Below, piece after piece: positions 29,089-40,026 of a DNA stretch of 64,000 nt. Position numbers and translations under genes: made by a program. Origin of the DNA: Desulfosudaceae bacterium (GTDB lineage: Bacteria; Desulfobacterota; Desulfobacteria; Desulfobacterales; Desulfosudaceae). The notes below the pieces were generated by a model, which saw nothing but the letters and a program-made list of their open reading frames with translations, made no database searches and was not told the DNA's origin. Within the stretch, counting starts at the first letter, position 1; every line of letters starts with the position of its first letter. The stretch covers positions 512,001 to 576,000 of the forward strand of contig CAXXDV010000003.1 of the NCBI GenBank assembly GCA_963674745.2. The letters run 5' to 3'.

Positions 29089-30354
29089 GTGGATATGAGC
29101 CAAAATGTCATTAGTGTAAGCAATCTCGGAAAACGATATGATCTCGGAGCGACACTTTCTCCTGATACTTTACGAGACCATATTGTGTCAATGGCTTCCC
29201 GGCTTGTGGGGAGTAAAAGAGACATGGCAACGCTCACGGAGCAGAAAGAGTTTTGGGCGCTGAAAGACATTTCCTTTGATGTCGCAAAAGGAGAGATCCT
29301 TGGTTTGATCGGCCCTAATGGCGCCGGTAAATCAACACTGTTGAAAATATTGACTGGTATTACGGAGCCTACGGAAGGCGAGATAAAAATCAAGGGCAGG
29401 GTATCGAGTCTGTTGGAAGTGGGGACGGGTTTCCATCCGGAATTAAGCGGTCGGGAAAATATATTCTTAAATGGTGCCATTCTCGGCATGAAACGATCGG
29501 AAATAAAATCAAAGTTCGATGAGATTGTCGCTTTTGCCGAAGTTGAGCGTTTTATCGATACCCCGGTCAAACGTTATTCCAGTGGAATGCGGGTGCGTCT
29601 CGGTTTTGCCGTAGCCGCGCATTTGGAGCCGGAAATTCTTTTAATTGACGAGGTGTTAGCCGTCGGAGATTTTAAATTTCAGGAAAAGTGCATTGGTAAA
29701 ATGCAAGAAGTTTCGGAAGCTGGCAGAACTATCATATTCGTGAGCCACCAGATGCCGGCAGTTCGTCGATTCTGTACCCGATGTGTTTTATTGAAAAACG
29801 GCAGCGTTGTTATGAATGGCAATACAGATGAGGTTGTAACTAATTACCTTTCCGACGATAATACCGACCAAATTTATAAACTTAGCAAAACGCCGCCTTT
29901 AGGTGAGTTGTCTCTTTTTGATTATGGCGTTTTAAATAAACAAGGCGAAAGGGTCAATGATATAAACTTTTTAGAACAGTTCGATCTGTTTTTTGATCTC
30001 GCGGCTCCAGGGCTTCAGGCTGAAAGCGCTTTTGTAGTCAGGTTTTATAACGCTGAAGGGATAAGGGTCGCCAGTGTTGGAAACCGACCTTATGGGTTTT
30101 CCTGGATAAAATATAAAGAAAGATTTCGTCTCATTATCAAGATAAATCAAAATATCCTCTCCCCTGGTGATTATATACTGGACCTGGAAATAGGCCCTCC
30201 GTTGATGCCGCGACATGTTAAATATGAAAAATTAAAAGGGGTTACCATAAATGAAAAAATCATTTTGAAGGGTTCTCAACCATACACATCTGCGCATGGA
30301 ACATCTTTTCTCGATGCCGAGATTCAAGTGATCGAAATAAATGATCATGAGTAA
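29089..30354 (+). CDS. wzt: Polysaccharide ABC transporter ATPase with Wzt C-terminal domain
   Basis: FWALKDISF, GPNGAGKSTLLK, GFHPELSGREN, YSSGMRVRL, IDEVLAVGD. Confidence 0.94.
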   Translation: MDMSQNVISVSNLGKRYDLGATLSPDTLRDHIVSMASRLVGSKRDMATLTEQKEFWALKDISFDVAKGEILGLIGPNGAGKSTLLKILTGITEPTEGEIKIKGRVSSLLEVGTGFHPELSGRENIFLNGAILGMKRSEIKSKFDEIVAFAEVERFIDTPVKRYSSGMRVRLGFAVAAHLEPEILLIDEVLAVGDFKFQEKCIGKMQEVSEAGRTIIFVSHQMPAVRRFCTRCVLLKNGSVVMNGNTDEVVTNYLSDDNTDQIYKLSKTPPLGELSLFDYGVLNKQGERVNDINFLEQFDLFFDLAAPGLQAESAFVVRFYNAEGIRVASVGNRPYGFSWIKYKERFRLIIKINQNILSPGDYILDLEIGPPLMPRHVKYEKLKGVTINEKIILKGSQPYTSAHGTSFLDAEIQVIEINDHE

Positions 30355-31294
30355 CAACCAAGATCCTACAATCCTTTATATTTCCAGCGCAAACCGTTCA
30401 GGGTCGACTCTTGTTGAACGACTGTTAGGGAATCATTCGCAGATTTTTTCAATAGGTGAGCTTCGTAATCTTAGAGGTTATCTGACAGATGATAGAAGCT
30501 TTTTTGATCCTGTCTATCCTTTGAAATGTTTCTGCGGCGAAAATATAAGAGAGTGCAATTTTTGGAATGAAGTCTTCCGGGTTGTTGATAGCCCTATAGA
30601 AAATATGTCGTTTAATTTCAGCTTCACACTGAAAAGGCCAAGAAAAAACGAGGCTGACCGCCTCAGGAGGAAGTTTGAGAAAAGTTTTTTCGAAAAACAC
30701 CCGGAGTGGTTTTCGAACAGGGCCATGCAGATTGCAATGGGAAATTCGTCGATCGCAGAGAACTGTTTTAAGCTTTATCGCGCAGTAGCAAGTGTAAGTG
30801 GGAAAAAAATATTAATAGATTCCTCAAAACTGGCTCACAGGTGTTACGCGCTTTATTGCAAATCACCGGACAGGATAAAAGCTATAGAGCTTTATCGACA
30901 TCCTTTAGGCGTGGCCAGTTCAATGAAGAAAAGAAACGTTCCGATAGAGAAGGCGGCTCGAGATTGGCGTCAGGCATATATAACAAATCAGATATTTTTT
31001 CGTAAGATACCTCAACAACAAAGAATAACCATGAAGTATGAAGATTTATGCCTCGATACGCAAAATCAGCTTAAGCGTATTTGCGATTTTCTTAATGTGG
31101 AATATGAAAAGGAGATGGTTTTGAATAAACGGGTTTATAAACGGCATAGTATCGGGGGAAGCCCATCTCAATATGAGGATAGTGCCTTTGAAGTGGTTGA
31201 CAAGGAAGAGTATCGGCGCGACTTATCCGAAGAGGAGCAAAGAAGAGTGCTCTCTATGGTAGGCCCAATCGCCTCAAAGTTTGGATATGGTTAA
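30341..31294 (+). CDS. Sulfotransferase
   Basis: SANRSGSTL PAPS loop, IDSSK, YRHP..VASS, KYEDL. Confidence 0.85.
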   Translation: MIMSNNQDPTILYISSANRSGSTLVERLLGNHSQIFSIGELRNLRGYLTDDRSFFDPVYPLKCFCGENIRECNFWNEVFRVVDSPIENMSFNFSFTLKRPRKNEADRLRRKFEKSFFEKHPEWFSNRAMQIAMGNSSIAENCFKLYRAVASVSGKKILIDSSKLAHRCYALYCKSPDRIKAIELYRHPLGVASSMKKRNVPIEKAARDWRQAYITNQIFFRKIPQQQRITMKYEDLCLDTQNQLKRICDFLNVEYEKEMVLNKRVYKRHSIGGSPSQYEDSAFEVVDKEEYRRDLSEEEQRRVLSMVGPIASKFGYG

Positions 31295-31649
31295 GAATGA
31301 TGGTTACACATAACAAGGGATGACGAGTATTCATAACGGCCATGAAACATGGCACTGTACTTTGGATGCATTAAAGAGATGCTTGTTTATGGCGGTTTCA
31401 ACGTTCTTGATGAGAGAATGCCGCCTTTCTAAAACGCAAACGATTCCCTTAGCACTTTGCCTATGGAGAAGCTTTATAGGCTCATGACAAGCTGATGAAA
31501 AGATGGGGCAAAAACAGCAACAATCCATTTACTAATAAGTCGGGTATTCTCTAGACATAAAAATGCAATTACAAAATATAAAAAGTTTTGATAATGGGGT
31601 GCCACAAGGATTATTGGCCTTGCTTTATGTCTAAAGAATTATAGACCCA

Positions 31650-33054
31650 CACTCGTGTCCAAAATACTCTAAAAACACCGATCTTATTGTCGTAACTATT
31701 TGAAATTATTTAACCGCAATTCTTTTTCCAAAAACAGGTTGTCCTTTCCACTGATGCTGTCCAATTTAACAGAGCATTAGCTGTTGCTGAACAGGGGCCA
31801 CCTCCTTTGGCATTACATCAAATGGTTTATCTATCCATTCCCATAATCCCCTGTAGGTAAACAGGTTCCAGCGAAGAAAGGCCACCAGGTTGGATAACGG
31901 CCAATCAAATTTTGATTTCAGCTGAAGGTACTTTATCAACAGCATGGCAATCAATGCTGTCCAAATCTGAATATACAAGGCGTTCTCACTGGTTCCGACA
32001 AATGTCTTGATCTTGAGGTTCTGCTTGATAGCCTTGAAAAACAACTCTATTTTCCACCGATCTTTATATATTGCGGATATGGTGGAAGCGCTGAACTTAA
32101 GATGGTTGGTCAGAAGAACCACCACCTTTTTGTTAACGGCATCCCAGACTTCGATTCTGCGGAGTATGTGAGGGCAATCGTCTTGAGCCTTATATCCGGC
32201 AAAAAGAATAAGCTCATCAGAAAGAACATTCCGACCTTTTGGGATCGGTCGCACCTCTTCTGTTATATAATCCGCATTCTCCTTCATCCGGGTTACAAAA
32301 TATACGCCTTTTTTAATCCAAAACGAGTATAGACTGTAATCATTATAGCCACGGTCCATCGTAACGATAGAACCCGGTGCCAACGGGAACTTACGAGCAA
32401 CTGCAACATCATGCTTCTTCCCATTTGACAAGTATGCGTAAGATGGGAGGTAGCCGTCATGATCAAGAAGCATATGCAGTTTTACAGCCCCTTTCGTGCG
32501 CCTGTATTTGGCCCAGGGAAACAGGGATAGGCACAATGAAATAGTGGTGCTGTCAAGGGACAGTAATTTATTTTTGAAACGAAACTTATGTTTGACCGGC
32601 GTTGTGGACCGGCACCATTCGTATGTCTCGTAGAAAAGATCCTGATACATTTGCCAGGGTCTGTTCTTATTGGCATAGGATAAAGTTGATTTGCCTGGTG
32701 CCTTATCCATACCGAGGTGCTTCAGCTTCCCCAGACAACAGGCCAGACCGCCGGATATCTCCCGCAAACTCTTGGCCTGAGCCAACTGGCAAAACAACAT
32801 GGAAACAAACTGATCCCAGCAACTGAACCCCTTCGAATATCTCTCGGCCTGATGCGTCATAACCAGTTCTTCAAATTTATTTCGATCAAAAACGGCAAGC
32901 AGTTGACTGAAAAGGCTTCCATGTCGTACCATTTCTTATTCTCCTTGTGGTGTTGGTGGTTTTTTATTTTGCCGAATAAAAGTTTACCATTACCCACAAG
33001 GAGAATTCTTTCAAGATAGAACGTTATTTTAAAATCCGTTTTTGGACACTAGTG
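31650..33054 (-). mobile_element. IS4 family insertion sequence (1405 bp), complete
   Basis: TIRs CACTCGTGTCCAAAA (31650-31664) / TTTTGGACACTAGTG (33040-33054); 9-bp TSD ATAGACCCA at 31641-31649 and 33055-33063. Confidence 0.93.
31766..32932 (-). CDS. IS4 family DDE transposase (DUF4372 N-terminus)
   Basis: LDSTTISL, VKLH, MDRGY, YKDRWKIELFFK (YREK-like) motifs. Confidence 0.93.
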   Translation of the reverse strand: MVRHGSLFSQLLAVFDRNKFEELVMTHQAERYSKGFSCWDQFVSMLFCQLAQAKSLREISGGLACCLGKLKHLGMDKAPGKSTLSYANKNRPWQMYQDLFYETYEWCRSTTPVKHKFRFKNKLLSLDSTTISLCLSLFPWAKYRRTKGAVKLHMLLDHDGYLPSYAYLSNGKKHDVAVARKFPLAPGSIVTMDRGYNDYSLYSFWIKKGVYFVTRMKENADYITEEVRPIPKGRNVLSDELILFAGYKAQDDCPHILRRIEVWDAVNKKVVVLLTNHLKFSASTISAIYKDRWKIELFFKAIKQNLKIKTFVGTSENALYIQIWTALIAMLLIKYLQLKSKFDWPLSNLVAFLRWNLFTYRGLWEWIDKPFDVMPKEVAPVQQQLMLC

Positions 33055-33079
33055 ATAGACCCATTAGTAATAAATAGAT

Positions 33080-34018
33080 ATGTTCGGATTACCCAAAGGC
33101 TATCTCACATATAAAGCCCGAAAACATGTCCTTGATTTGCCTGGCTACGGTAAGACCGTATTGCTGTCCGGAACCGGAAGAGGCGGAACAACTTGGTTGT
33201 CCAATGTCATCAACTATGACAATTCATATCGATATATATTCGAACCCTTTCACCCCGGTTACGTTTCAGAGGTAAGTAATTTTAAATCCAAACAGTACTT
33301 ACGGCCGGATAGTCATGGCCATGAATATTTGAAGCCTGCCAGGAAAATCCTTTCCGGAAAAATCAACAATCGCTGGATAAATAAATTCAATCGGAAAATA
33401 GTAGTACAAAGACGATTGATAAAAGATATCAGGATAAACCTTTTGCTTGGCTGGATAAAAGTCAATTTCCCTGAAATCCCAATCGTTCTGCTTCTGCGGC
33501 ACCCTTTAGCAGTTGTGAGCTCGCAGGTGTCTAACGGATGGAAGGCTGACCTTAGGGGGTTTCTGAACCAACCGGACCTGATGCAGGACCATCTTGAGCC
33601 CTATAAAGACTTGATGGCATCAACGAAAGATAATTTTGAAGGTTTGATTTTGGAATGGTGCGTGGAAACCCGGGTTCCGATTGTTCAGCTTAAGAGCAGC
33701 GGGATAAAAATTGTTTTTTATGAAAATCTGTATTTAAATCCCGAAACAGAAGTCCCGAAGCTGTTTTCATTTATCGGGCGACCATTTGATCCATCCTTTA
33801 TGGATACTATAGGTCAACCATCAAAAACCTCCCGAATCAACAGCCCTGTTCGCAAAGGGAGTAGCCCTGTAGACAATTGGCAGCGTTCGGTAATTGATTC
33901 CCAAAAGGAGTTTTGCTTAAAGGCCCTCAAGTGCTTCCGCCTCGACTATATCTATGGCATTGAGCCGCTTCCAAAACTCAACCTCTCAAATCGTCAGGTT
34001 ACGGAGAGTGTACGTTGA
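33080..34018 (+). CDS. Sulfotransferase
   Basis: GTGRGGTTWL, FEPF, IKDIR, LRHPLAVVSS, FYENL. Confidence 0.83.
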   Translation: MFGLPKGYLTYKARKHVLDLPGYGKTVLLSGTGRGGTTWLSNVINYDNSYRYIFEPFHPGYVSEVSNFKSKQYLRPDSHGHEYLKPARKILSGKINNRWINKFNRKIVVQRRLIKDIRINLLLGWIKVNFPEIPIVLLLRHPLAVVSSQVSNGWKADLRGFLNQPDLMQDHLEPYKDLMASTKDNFEGLILEWCVETRVPIVQLKSSGIKIVFYENLYLNPETEVPKLFSFIGRPFDPSFMDTIGQPSKTSRINSPVRKGSSPVDNWQRSVIDSQKEFCLKALKCFRLDYIYGIEPLPKLNLSNRQVTESVR

Positions 34019-35232
34019 TGGATGAAAAGCGGAATCTGATTATTATCTCCTTACCGGACCGGGCAGGAGGGCTAACGAACGTGATTCGGAATATAACAAG
34101 TTCCCGTAAATCTCCCGGTCTCGGGTACCATCTTTTTTTCATTGACCAATCCGGTTACAAAGGGCTGCGCATTTATGAAAAAATGAATGCTGACTCTATC
34201 TCGCGGTTTAAATATAATCAGGATGCCAACCTGTTTAATGTGTGCCGAAAATTCGGACGCCGGATCAAATCTTTTGGTAATCGGTCCGTGCTGGTAACAA
34301 ACAGTGAGTTCGATTTATACATGGCTGCGGTTTGTCGCCTGAAAAATCCAATTATTCATATATCTCATGGCGATAATGAGCTCGTTTATAACCTGGCAAG
34401 ATGGTATGCCCCGATTATCGATCATCATGTAGCCGTCAGTCATTTTATTGCAGATCAGTTAACTGCGCTTTCCGGTATCAATCCTGAACAGATAAGCTAT
34501 ATCCCTCATCCGGTCCCGTTTTCAGGTTGTGTTCGATGCCCTGCTGAAAAGAATCTGCGAATCGTCTTCGTGGGACGACTGGTCAAAGGGAAGGGGATTT
34601 TTTTAATGCCTGAAATTGAAAGGGAATTACGTAAACGTCAGGTCTTTGTTGATTGGATTTTTATCGGTGACGGTATAGACAGTGAGGAATTTCAGCGGCA
34701 ATGGCCGGAAAACGCCAGTGTTAATTGGGTCGGTGAGGTGACGAACAGAGATGTTTTTAATGAAATGGCGAAAGGCGATATTTTTTTACTACCTTCATAC
34801 ACGGAAGGGTTTCCACTGGTTTTAGCGGAAGCCATGAGTGTCGGCCTGGTACCTATTGTCTCAAATCTGAGAAGTGGGATCCCCGAAATTGTTGAAGAAG
34901 GGGGCACAGGATTTCGTTGCCCTTTAAATAGTATCAGTAAAATTGTAGAAGATATCTGTGGCCTGCACGCCGATCGGGAAAAACTGGAAAGAATGAGCAT
35001 TGAAGCCCGAAAACGCGTAGTTAATTTTTTCGACCCATTCAGGAGGGCAGGAGAATATGAGGCCCTCTTTAGAATGCTTGCAGCAATGCCCGAACGTCAA
35101 AAGGCATTCCCTCATCCATTCAGGCAAAGAATAATGGACAGGTCGTTTATCCCTTCTTTCATAAATATCCCTCTGCGACAAAGTATCCGGCAGTATCGGC
35201 TTGTAAAAAAGAATTTATTGAAATCTGTATAA
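34015..35232 (+). CDS. Glycosyltransferase family 4
   Basis: FVGRL..GKG, LLPSYTEGFPLVLAEAM. Confidence 0.9.
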   Translation: MMDEKRNLIIISLPDRAGGLTNVIRNITSSRKSPGLGYHLFFIDQSGYKGLRIYEKMNADSISRFKYNQDANLFNVCRKFGRRIKSFGNRSVLVTNSEFDLYMAAVCRLKNPIIHISHGDNELVYNLARWYAPIIDHHVAVSHFIADQLTALSGINPEQISYIPHPVPFSGCVRCPAEKNLRIVFVGRLVKGKGIFLMPEIERELRKRQVFVDWIFIGDGIDSEEFQRQWPENASVNWVGEVTNRDVFNEMAKGDIFLLPSYTEGFPLVLAEAMSVGLVPIVSNLRSGIPEIVEEGGTGFRCPLNSISKIVEDICGLHADREKLERMSIEARKRVVNFFDPFRRAGEYEALFRMLAAMPERQKAFPHPFRQRIMDRSFIPSFINIPLRQSIRQYRLVKKNLLKSV

Positions 35233-35324
35233 TGGACCCCGTATCTTATTTTGTCTGACGCAGGGATACGGATGTCGGGCGAACGCCCCAGATGTGTACT
35301 TTTGGAAAAAATGTTTCTTATTAA

Positions 35325-36350
35325 ATGCCGAATATGAATGTCCTTTTTGTCGGTGAGTTACCCGATAAAGCCGCTCCGTCGCTGACCCTTGCAACTGTGT
35401 TAGGGTCGTTCGGGTTTTCGACGAAATTTTCGGAAGAAGCCGAACTTAAAGCCCCAGGCCTATGGGCGGAGCTGCTTTTCTGGGCCGATGTAATCATTGT
35501 AGTGGATTACACCGGCCCCGGCACCTTCCGGTTGCGACAACTGGCCCGTGCCGCGATACTGGGAAAACCGATCATACGATGGTGGGTGGGCAGTGATGTA
35601 CTGCATGTTTTAGAGGAGCCGCGATGGCAAACAGGTGCAAAAACCTTAAATTGTTTTACCTTTACCAACATTGTGGTCGCGCCACATCTTGTTGAAGAGC
35701 TTGCGAGTATCAATATCTCCTGCAGCTATATCCCCTCTGTTATTCTACCGGTTCCTACAGAAGCCGAAGTCTTGGATAACGTTCCTCCGAATGCGGTACT
35801 GATATATCTTCCAAGTAACCGGCTCGATTTTTACGGAGTAAACGTATGCGAGGAAATGATCAAAGAATATCCAGAGGTCAAATTTAAAATCGTTGGCGAC
35901 GATTCGCATTCCCTGGCAGGATATGCCAATGTTGATAGCCTCGGATGGGTATCCATGGACGATGTTTGGCAGACAATAGGGGCGCTGCTGCGCATTACAC
36001 AACATGACGGCATGCCGCGCATGGTTCTCGAAGCCCTGTCCAGAGGGAAATATGTTATTTATTCTTGGCCGCTTTCCGGCTGCTGGCAGGCAACGGCCAA
36101 GGCTGAAGTGAAAGAAAAGCTGGAGTCTTTTTTGCAGAAGACCGGCCCCAATCGTCAGGGTATTGAAGCTGTACGTCAATTAATGGCGGAAAAACCGGAA
36201 CAAGCCTTTGTCGGCATGATATTGAATGCTTTAAACCGTCGCAACATGTGGTTACGTATCCGCGCCGTGCTGATTTACTTAAAATTATCTGGAACAGTAT
36301 TTATATGGGCATTAAAAAGCAAATATACCGCTAAAAGATTTTCCTCGTGA
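35325..36350 (+). CDS. GT-B fold glycosyltransferase-like protein
   Basis: WVGSDV, LLRITQHDGMPRMVLEALSRG. Confidence 0.7.
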   Translation: MPNMNVLFVGELPDKAAPSLTLATVLGSFGFSTKFSEEAELKAPGLWAELLFWADVIIVVDYTGPGTFRLRQLARAAILGKPIIRWWVGSDVLHVLEEPRWQTGAKTLNCFTFTNIVVAPHLVEELASINISCSYIPSVILPVPTEAEVLDNVPPNAVLIYLPSNRLDFYGVNVCEEMIKEYPEVKFKIVGDDSHSLAGYANVDSLGWVSMDDVWQTIGALLRITQHDGMPRMVLEALSRGKYVIYSWPLSGCWQATAKAEVKEKLESFLQKTGPNRQGIEAVRQLMAEKPEQAFVGMILNALNRRNMWLRIRAVLIYLKLSGTVFIWALKSKYTAKRFSS

Positions 36351-36369
36351 AACAGCTTTCGAATCCGCA

Positions 36370-36571
36370 ATGAAAACAGCTTATTTCTTAAGACCATATA
36401 GACCGGCATTAACACAAGGCGGTAATGCCCATATTAAACAATTTCTTGATCTCGTTCATTCGGCGGGACATGAAATATGGGTTTCAATGTCGGATGAACA
36501 CCCAGCCACTCAAACCTTGCCGACTAATCGTTTGTCAAGATTACGCGTTTTAGAATATATTGATATCATTT
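36370..36571 (+). pseudogene. N-terminal fragment of a GT4 paralogous to 42626-43693
   Basis: MKTAYFLRPYR..GG..HIKQFLDLV.SAGHEIWVSM.DEHP matches the start of the 42626 protein; similarity stops at about 36571. Confidence 0.8.
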
Positions 36572-36646
36572 GGGTTTCTCTAAAAAATAGTGATTTTCAT
36601 ATATTCAAGTAGTACTTCTTATGTTATGGCATTAGGATAATGTACC

Positions 36647-37354
36647 ATGAAAGTTCCGCGCAACCTGACACTGCTTGTTCATTTTGTTTTTGATCAGTTA
36701 ATTCCGCCTCTATTGCGTGACAGCAGGTGGTTCATGTGGTTGCCTTTCAAGATGCTCTTTGGTGACAAAACGGAGTGCTTCTTTTCCTTTAAGGAAAAAG
36801 CTCTCCTGATGAGCGAAGAGGAATTCCGCAACATTTATCTGAAAACGGCCTCTGTCCATATTCAACGGGAAACCGATCTGAACCAGGCATGTATCGAGGT
36901 CATTGAAGCCCGCATATTGGGCAATAGTGTGCTCGATATCTCATGCGGAAGAGGTTTCCTGAGCAAGCGACTGGCTCAAAGCTACCGAGTCACAGCTGCG
37001 GATATTGTCATCGATGAACAGCTAAGACTGGATAATCCCAAAATCAATTTTCAGGAAGCATCGGTCGAACATCTTCCTTTTCCGAATCAGGCATTCGATA
37101 CAGTGATATGCACCCATACACTGGAGCATGTGCAGAATCTAAGGCTTGCTATAAAGGAGTTACGGAGGGTGGCTGCAAAGCAATTGATCATCGTTGTCCC
37201 CAAGCAAAGGCCGTACAAGTATACCTTTGACCTGCATCTGCACTTTTTCCCTTACGAGCACAGCCTGCTGAAGCAGCTGGACATTTCAGATCAAAACTTC
37301 ACTTGCCAAAATATGGGTGGAGACTGGATGTATGTTGAAAACTTTGATAACTAA
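36647..37354 (+). CDS. Class I SAM-dependent methyltransferase
   Basis: VLDISCGRG, LPFPNQAFDTVICTHTLEHV. Confidence 0.88.
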   Translation: MKVPRNLTLLVHFVFDQLIPPLLRDSRWFMWLPFKMLFGDKTECFFSFKEKALLMSEEEFRNIYLKTASVHIQRETDLNQACIEVIEARILGNSVLDISCGRGFLSKRLAQSYRVTAADIVIDEQLRLDNPKINFQEASVEHLPFPNQAFDTVICTHTLEHVQNLRLAIKELRRVAAKQLIIVVPKQRPYKYTFDLHLHFFPYEHSLLKQLDISDQNFTCQNMGGDWMYVENFDN

Positions 37355-37398
37355 AGCACGCTACAGGGAAGTAGCCGGACCAGATCAAGTGAGGAGCC

Positions 37399-38367
37399 AT
37401 GACAGTAGCTGCATTTATTTCGATAGTCGTTCCCGTCCACAATGAGGCGTCCCAACTACGACATTTTTTTGAAGTGTGCGACACGATTCTGAATGAATTC
37501 GACATCGCCCGCGAATTTATTTTTGTCGATGACGGATCAAGTGACTCATCGTGGGAAATTCTTTCCTCACTTGCCGAACAGCATGAAGGCCTAGTCCTGG
37601 TCCGTCTAAGTCGAAATTTTGGAAAAGAGTCGGCAATTACTGCCGGATTGGATGCCGCCACCGGAGATGCTGTAGTAGTGATCGATGCGGATATGCAACA
37701 TCCGCCAGCATTGATTCCCGAGTTTGTGCGGCTTTGGCGACAGGATGGATATAAGGTTGTCGAGGCAATAAAAAACAGTCGGGGTAATGAAAACTGGCTG
37801 AAAAAAAACCTGTCATTGGCATTTTATGGGTTCATGAGCCGTGTAGCCGGGCTAAATATGAAAGGCGGTAGTGATTTCAGACTGATGGACAAAGAGGTGG
37901 TCACGGCAATCAGGTCGTTTCCTGAACGGGTAAGATTTTTCAGAGGCATATCTACATGGGTGGGCTTCAGGCGCACCACAGTAACATTTGATGTGGCACC
38001 GAGAATGGGTGGAGACAGTAACTGGAACATTATTTCACTGATCCGTCTGGCAGTTAACGCAATTACCTCGTTTTCGTCCATTCCGCTTTATCTCATTACG
38101 ATTGTTGGTGTTTTTATGATGCTATTCTCGCTGGTATTGGGTGTACAAACTTTCGCGGTTTATCTTACGGACAATGCGGTGGACGGCTTTACAACTGTTA
38201 TTTTGCTGCAGTTGATTATAGGCGCTTGCAGCATGTTTGGTCTGGGTGTGCTGGGGATTTACGTGGCCAGGTTGTACGAAGAGGTCAAGGCTCGCCCTCA
38301 ATACATTGTAGAAAAAAGACTATCCTCATCAAAGAGAGCTAATCCACACGATGACGGCATGGCATAA
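37399..38367 (+). CDS. GT2 GtrB/ArnC-like undecaprenyl-phosphate glycosyltransferase
   Basis: VDDGSSD, LSRNFGKESA, DADMQHPP, DFRLMD, two C-terminal TMs, EVKARP. Confidence 0.9.
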   Translation: MTVAAFISIVVPVHNEASQLRHFFEVCDTILNEFDIAREFIFVDDGSSDSSWEILSSLAEQHEGLVLVRLSRNFGKESAITAGLDAATGDAVVVIDADMQHPPALIPEFVRLWRQDGYKVVEAIKNSRGNENWLKKNLSLAFYGFMSRVAGLNMKGGSDFRLMDKEVVTAIRSFPERVRFFRGISTWVGFRRTTVTFDVAPRMGGDSNWNIISLIRLAVNAITSFSSIPLYLITIVGVFMMLFSLVLGVQTFAVYLTDNAVDGFTTVILLQLIIGACSMFGLGVLGIYVARLYEEVKARPQYIVEKRLSSSKRANPHDDGMA

Positions 38368-38481
38368 AGCTGAAGTTGGCAGGAAAAGAGTCTGTCGCTG
38401 AAATGGAATAAATAAACGTAATGATTATGAAAAAAAATACTAGAATTAAATCGGATATATCTGGCACTTAACGGAATATAT

Positions 38482-40014
38482 ATGTCTAATATTGAAATGA
38501 AAATGACTCATTTTTTGCAACACAATGCGCATGCACTAAAGTTGTTGTCGATTGCCTTTGTTGTAAATGTAATTATCTATGGCCAAAAGTTGTTCTTTTA
38601 CGCACTTTCACCAGATGATTACGCAATGTTTTTTGGCCCCCCAGTTGAGTTGGCGGGTATATCAGGGCGTTGGATGGCATCAATCGCCAACAAATACATC
38701 TTTGCAGGTGCGTTGCAAGTTTTGCCATTCCTATATGGGTTAATTGGCGTTCTTTCTTTTACCTTTGCCGGATTTCTGACAGCTCGGATTTTTCAGCGAA
38801 AAAATGTGTATGAGATAATGGTGGTGACCTTACTTATTTCTGCCACGCCATTCGTAGCACACTCTTTGTATTTTACTGTTGGTATAATGGGATGGTTAAC
38901 GACCATGCTCGGAGTAGTTAGCATATTTATTGTGTACAAGCCAAACAAATTTGGTAAATTCCTTGGGCTTGTTTTGCTTACTTGCGCAATAGGCACATAT
39001 CAAACAATCTTTCAAGTCTGTATGTCCATAGTTATAATTAAAACTGCTTTGGATATTCTAAAAGCACAAAACAGTGAAGAACTAAAAAAAATAGTCCTGC
39101 ATTTCTTTGGTTTGATGGTATTCATTATTTCTGCGTTTGTTTGCTCAATTGTTATTAATACTATTTATATTGAATATCATCATCTTTCATTGAGTCATAG
39201 ATATGAGAAGGTGATATCCGGTCAAAGCCTGAATCTGTATATTGGAAAAGCATTAATGGTGCTGAAAAGCTTTACACCCAATTATAAATTCATGTACGCT
39301 TCAAGTTTATTGAATCAGTTTGTTAAAGCTATGTTTTATTTGGCGATTCTTTCCGGAATGGTTGGATTACTCAAAAGCAGGCAGGAAAGATCCTTGAAAT
39401 GTGCCTCCGTATTGATTTTGATATTATTGTTTTTATCTATTCCTCTTGTTATTGAATTGCCGTTTATTGCAGGATCTGACATCCCTTTAAGAGCACATTA
39501 TACGGTTGGTTGGTTTATAGCAGGCTTCTTTTGCATCGCTGCAACAACATTTAAAGGAAAAATTGGAATAATAGTAAAGGGATTTCCGGTGTTATTGATT
39601 CTAATTAATATATTATATATCAATGTTTACTTTTATGCCGCTAATCGCCAAACAAGTGCAGACATTATGCGTGCGAATCAAATCGTAAACCGTATTCGTA
39701 TGGATAGGAACTATTTAAAAGAACCGGTGAAGCTAAAAATTATTGGTGAAAAAAGATTTAGTGTGATCGGGTGGCATTCGGGGCGCGAGCCATTAAATAA
39801 ATCCTGGGCAAAATATTTAATATTTAAGCATTTCACAGATCTTGAATTCGAAGTTATGAGTAATGATGAATATAGTAAAATCGTAAATTATATTAGAAAT
39901 ATGGCTATAAAAATCCATCCCTATCCAGGAAAGAACTCAATTGTAGTTAATCAAAATAGCGTTGTTCTTTTTTTAAGTGATGATGAGCAGAATAAAGTAA
40001 TAAACAATAAATGA
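38482..40014 (+). CDS. GtrII-like membrane glucosyltransferase
   Basis: AT-rich polytopic protein with DDY...GRW, TYQ and P.R motifs, located next to the GtrB-like gene. Confidence 0.7.
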   Translation: MSNIEMKMTHFLQHNAHALKLLSIAFVVNVIIYGQKLFFYALSPDDYAMFFGPPVELAGISGRWMASIANKYIFAGALQVLPFLYGLIGVLSFTFAGFLTARIFQRKNVYEIMVVTLLISATPFVAHSLYFTVGIMGWLTTMLGVVSIFIVYKPNKFGKFLGLVLLTCAIGTYQTIFQVCMSIVIIKTALDILKAQNSEELKKIVLHFFGLMVFIISAFVCSIVINTIYIEYHHLSLSHRYEKVISGQSLNLYIGKALMVLKSFTPNYKFMYASSLLNQFVKAMFYLAILSGMVGLLKSRQERSLKCASVLILILLFLSIPLVIELPFIAGSDIPLRAHYTVGWFIAGFFCIAATTFKGKIGIIVKGFPVLLILINILYINVYFYAANRQTSADIMRANQIVNRIRMDRNYLKEPVKLKIIGEKRFSVIGWHSGREPLNKSWAKYLIFKHFTDLEFEVMSNDEYSKIVNYIRNMAIKIHPYPGKNSIVVNQNSVVLFLSDDEQNKVINNK

Positions 40015-40026
40015 AAATCCCCTGGA

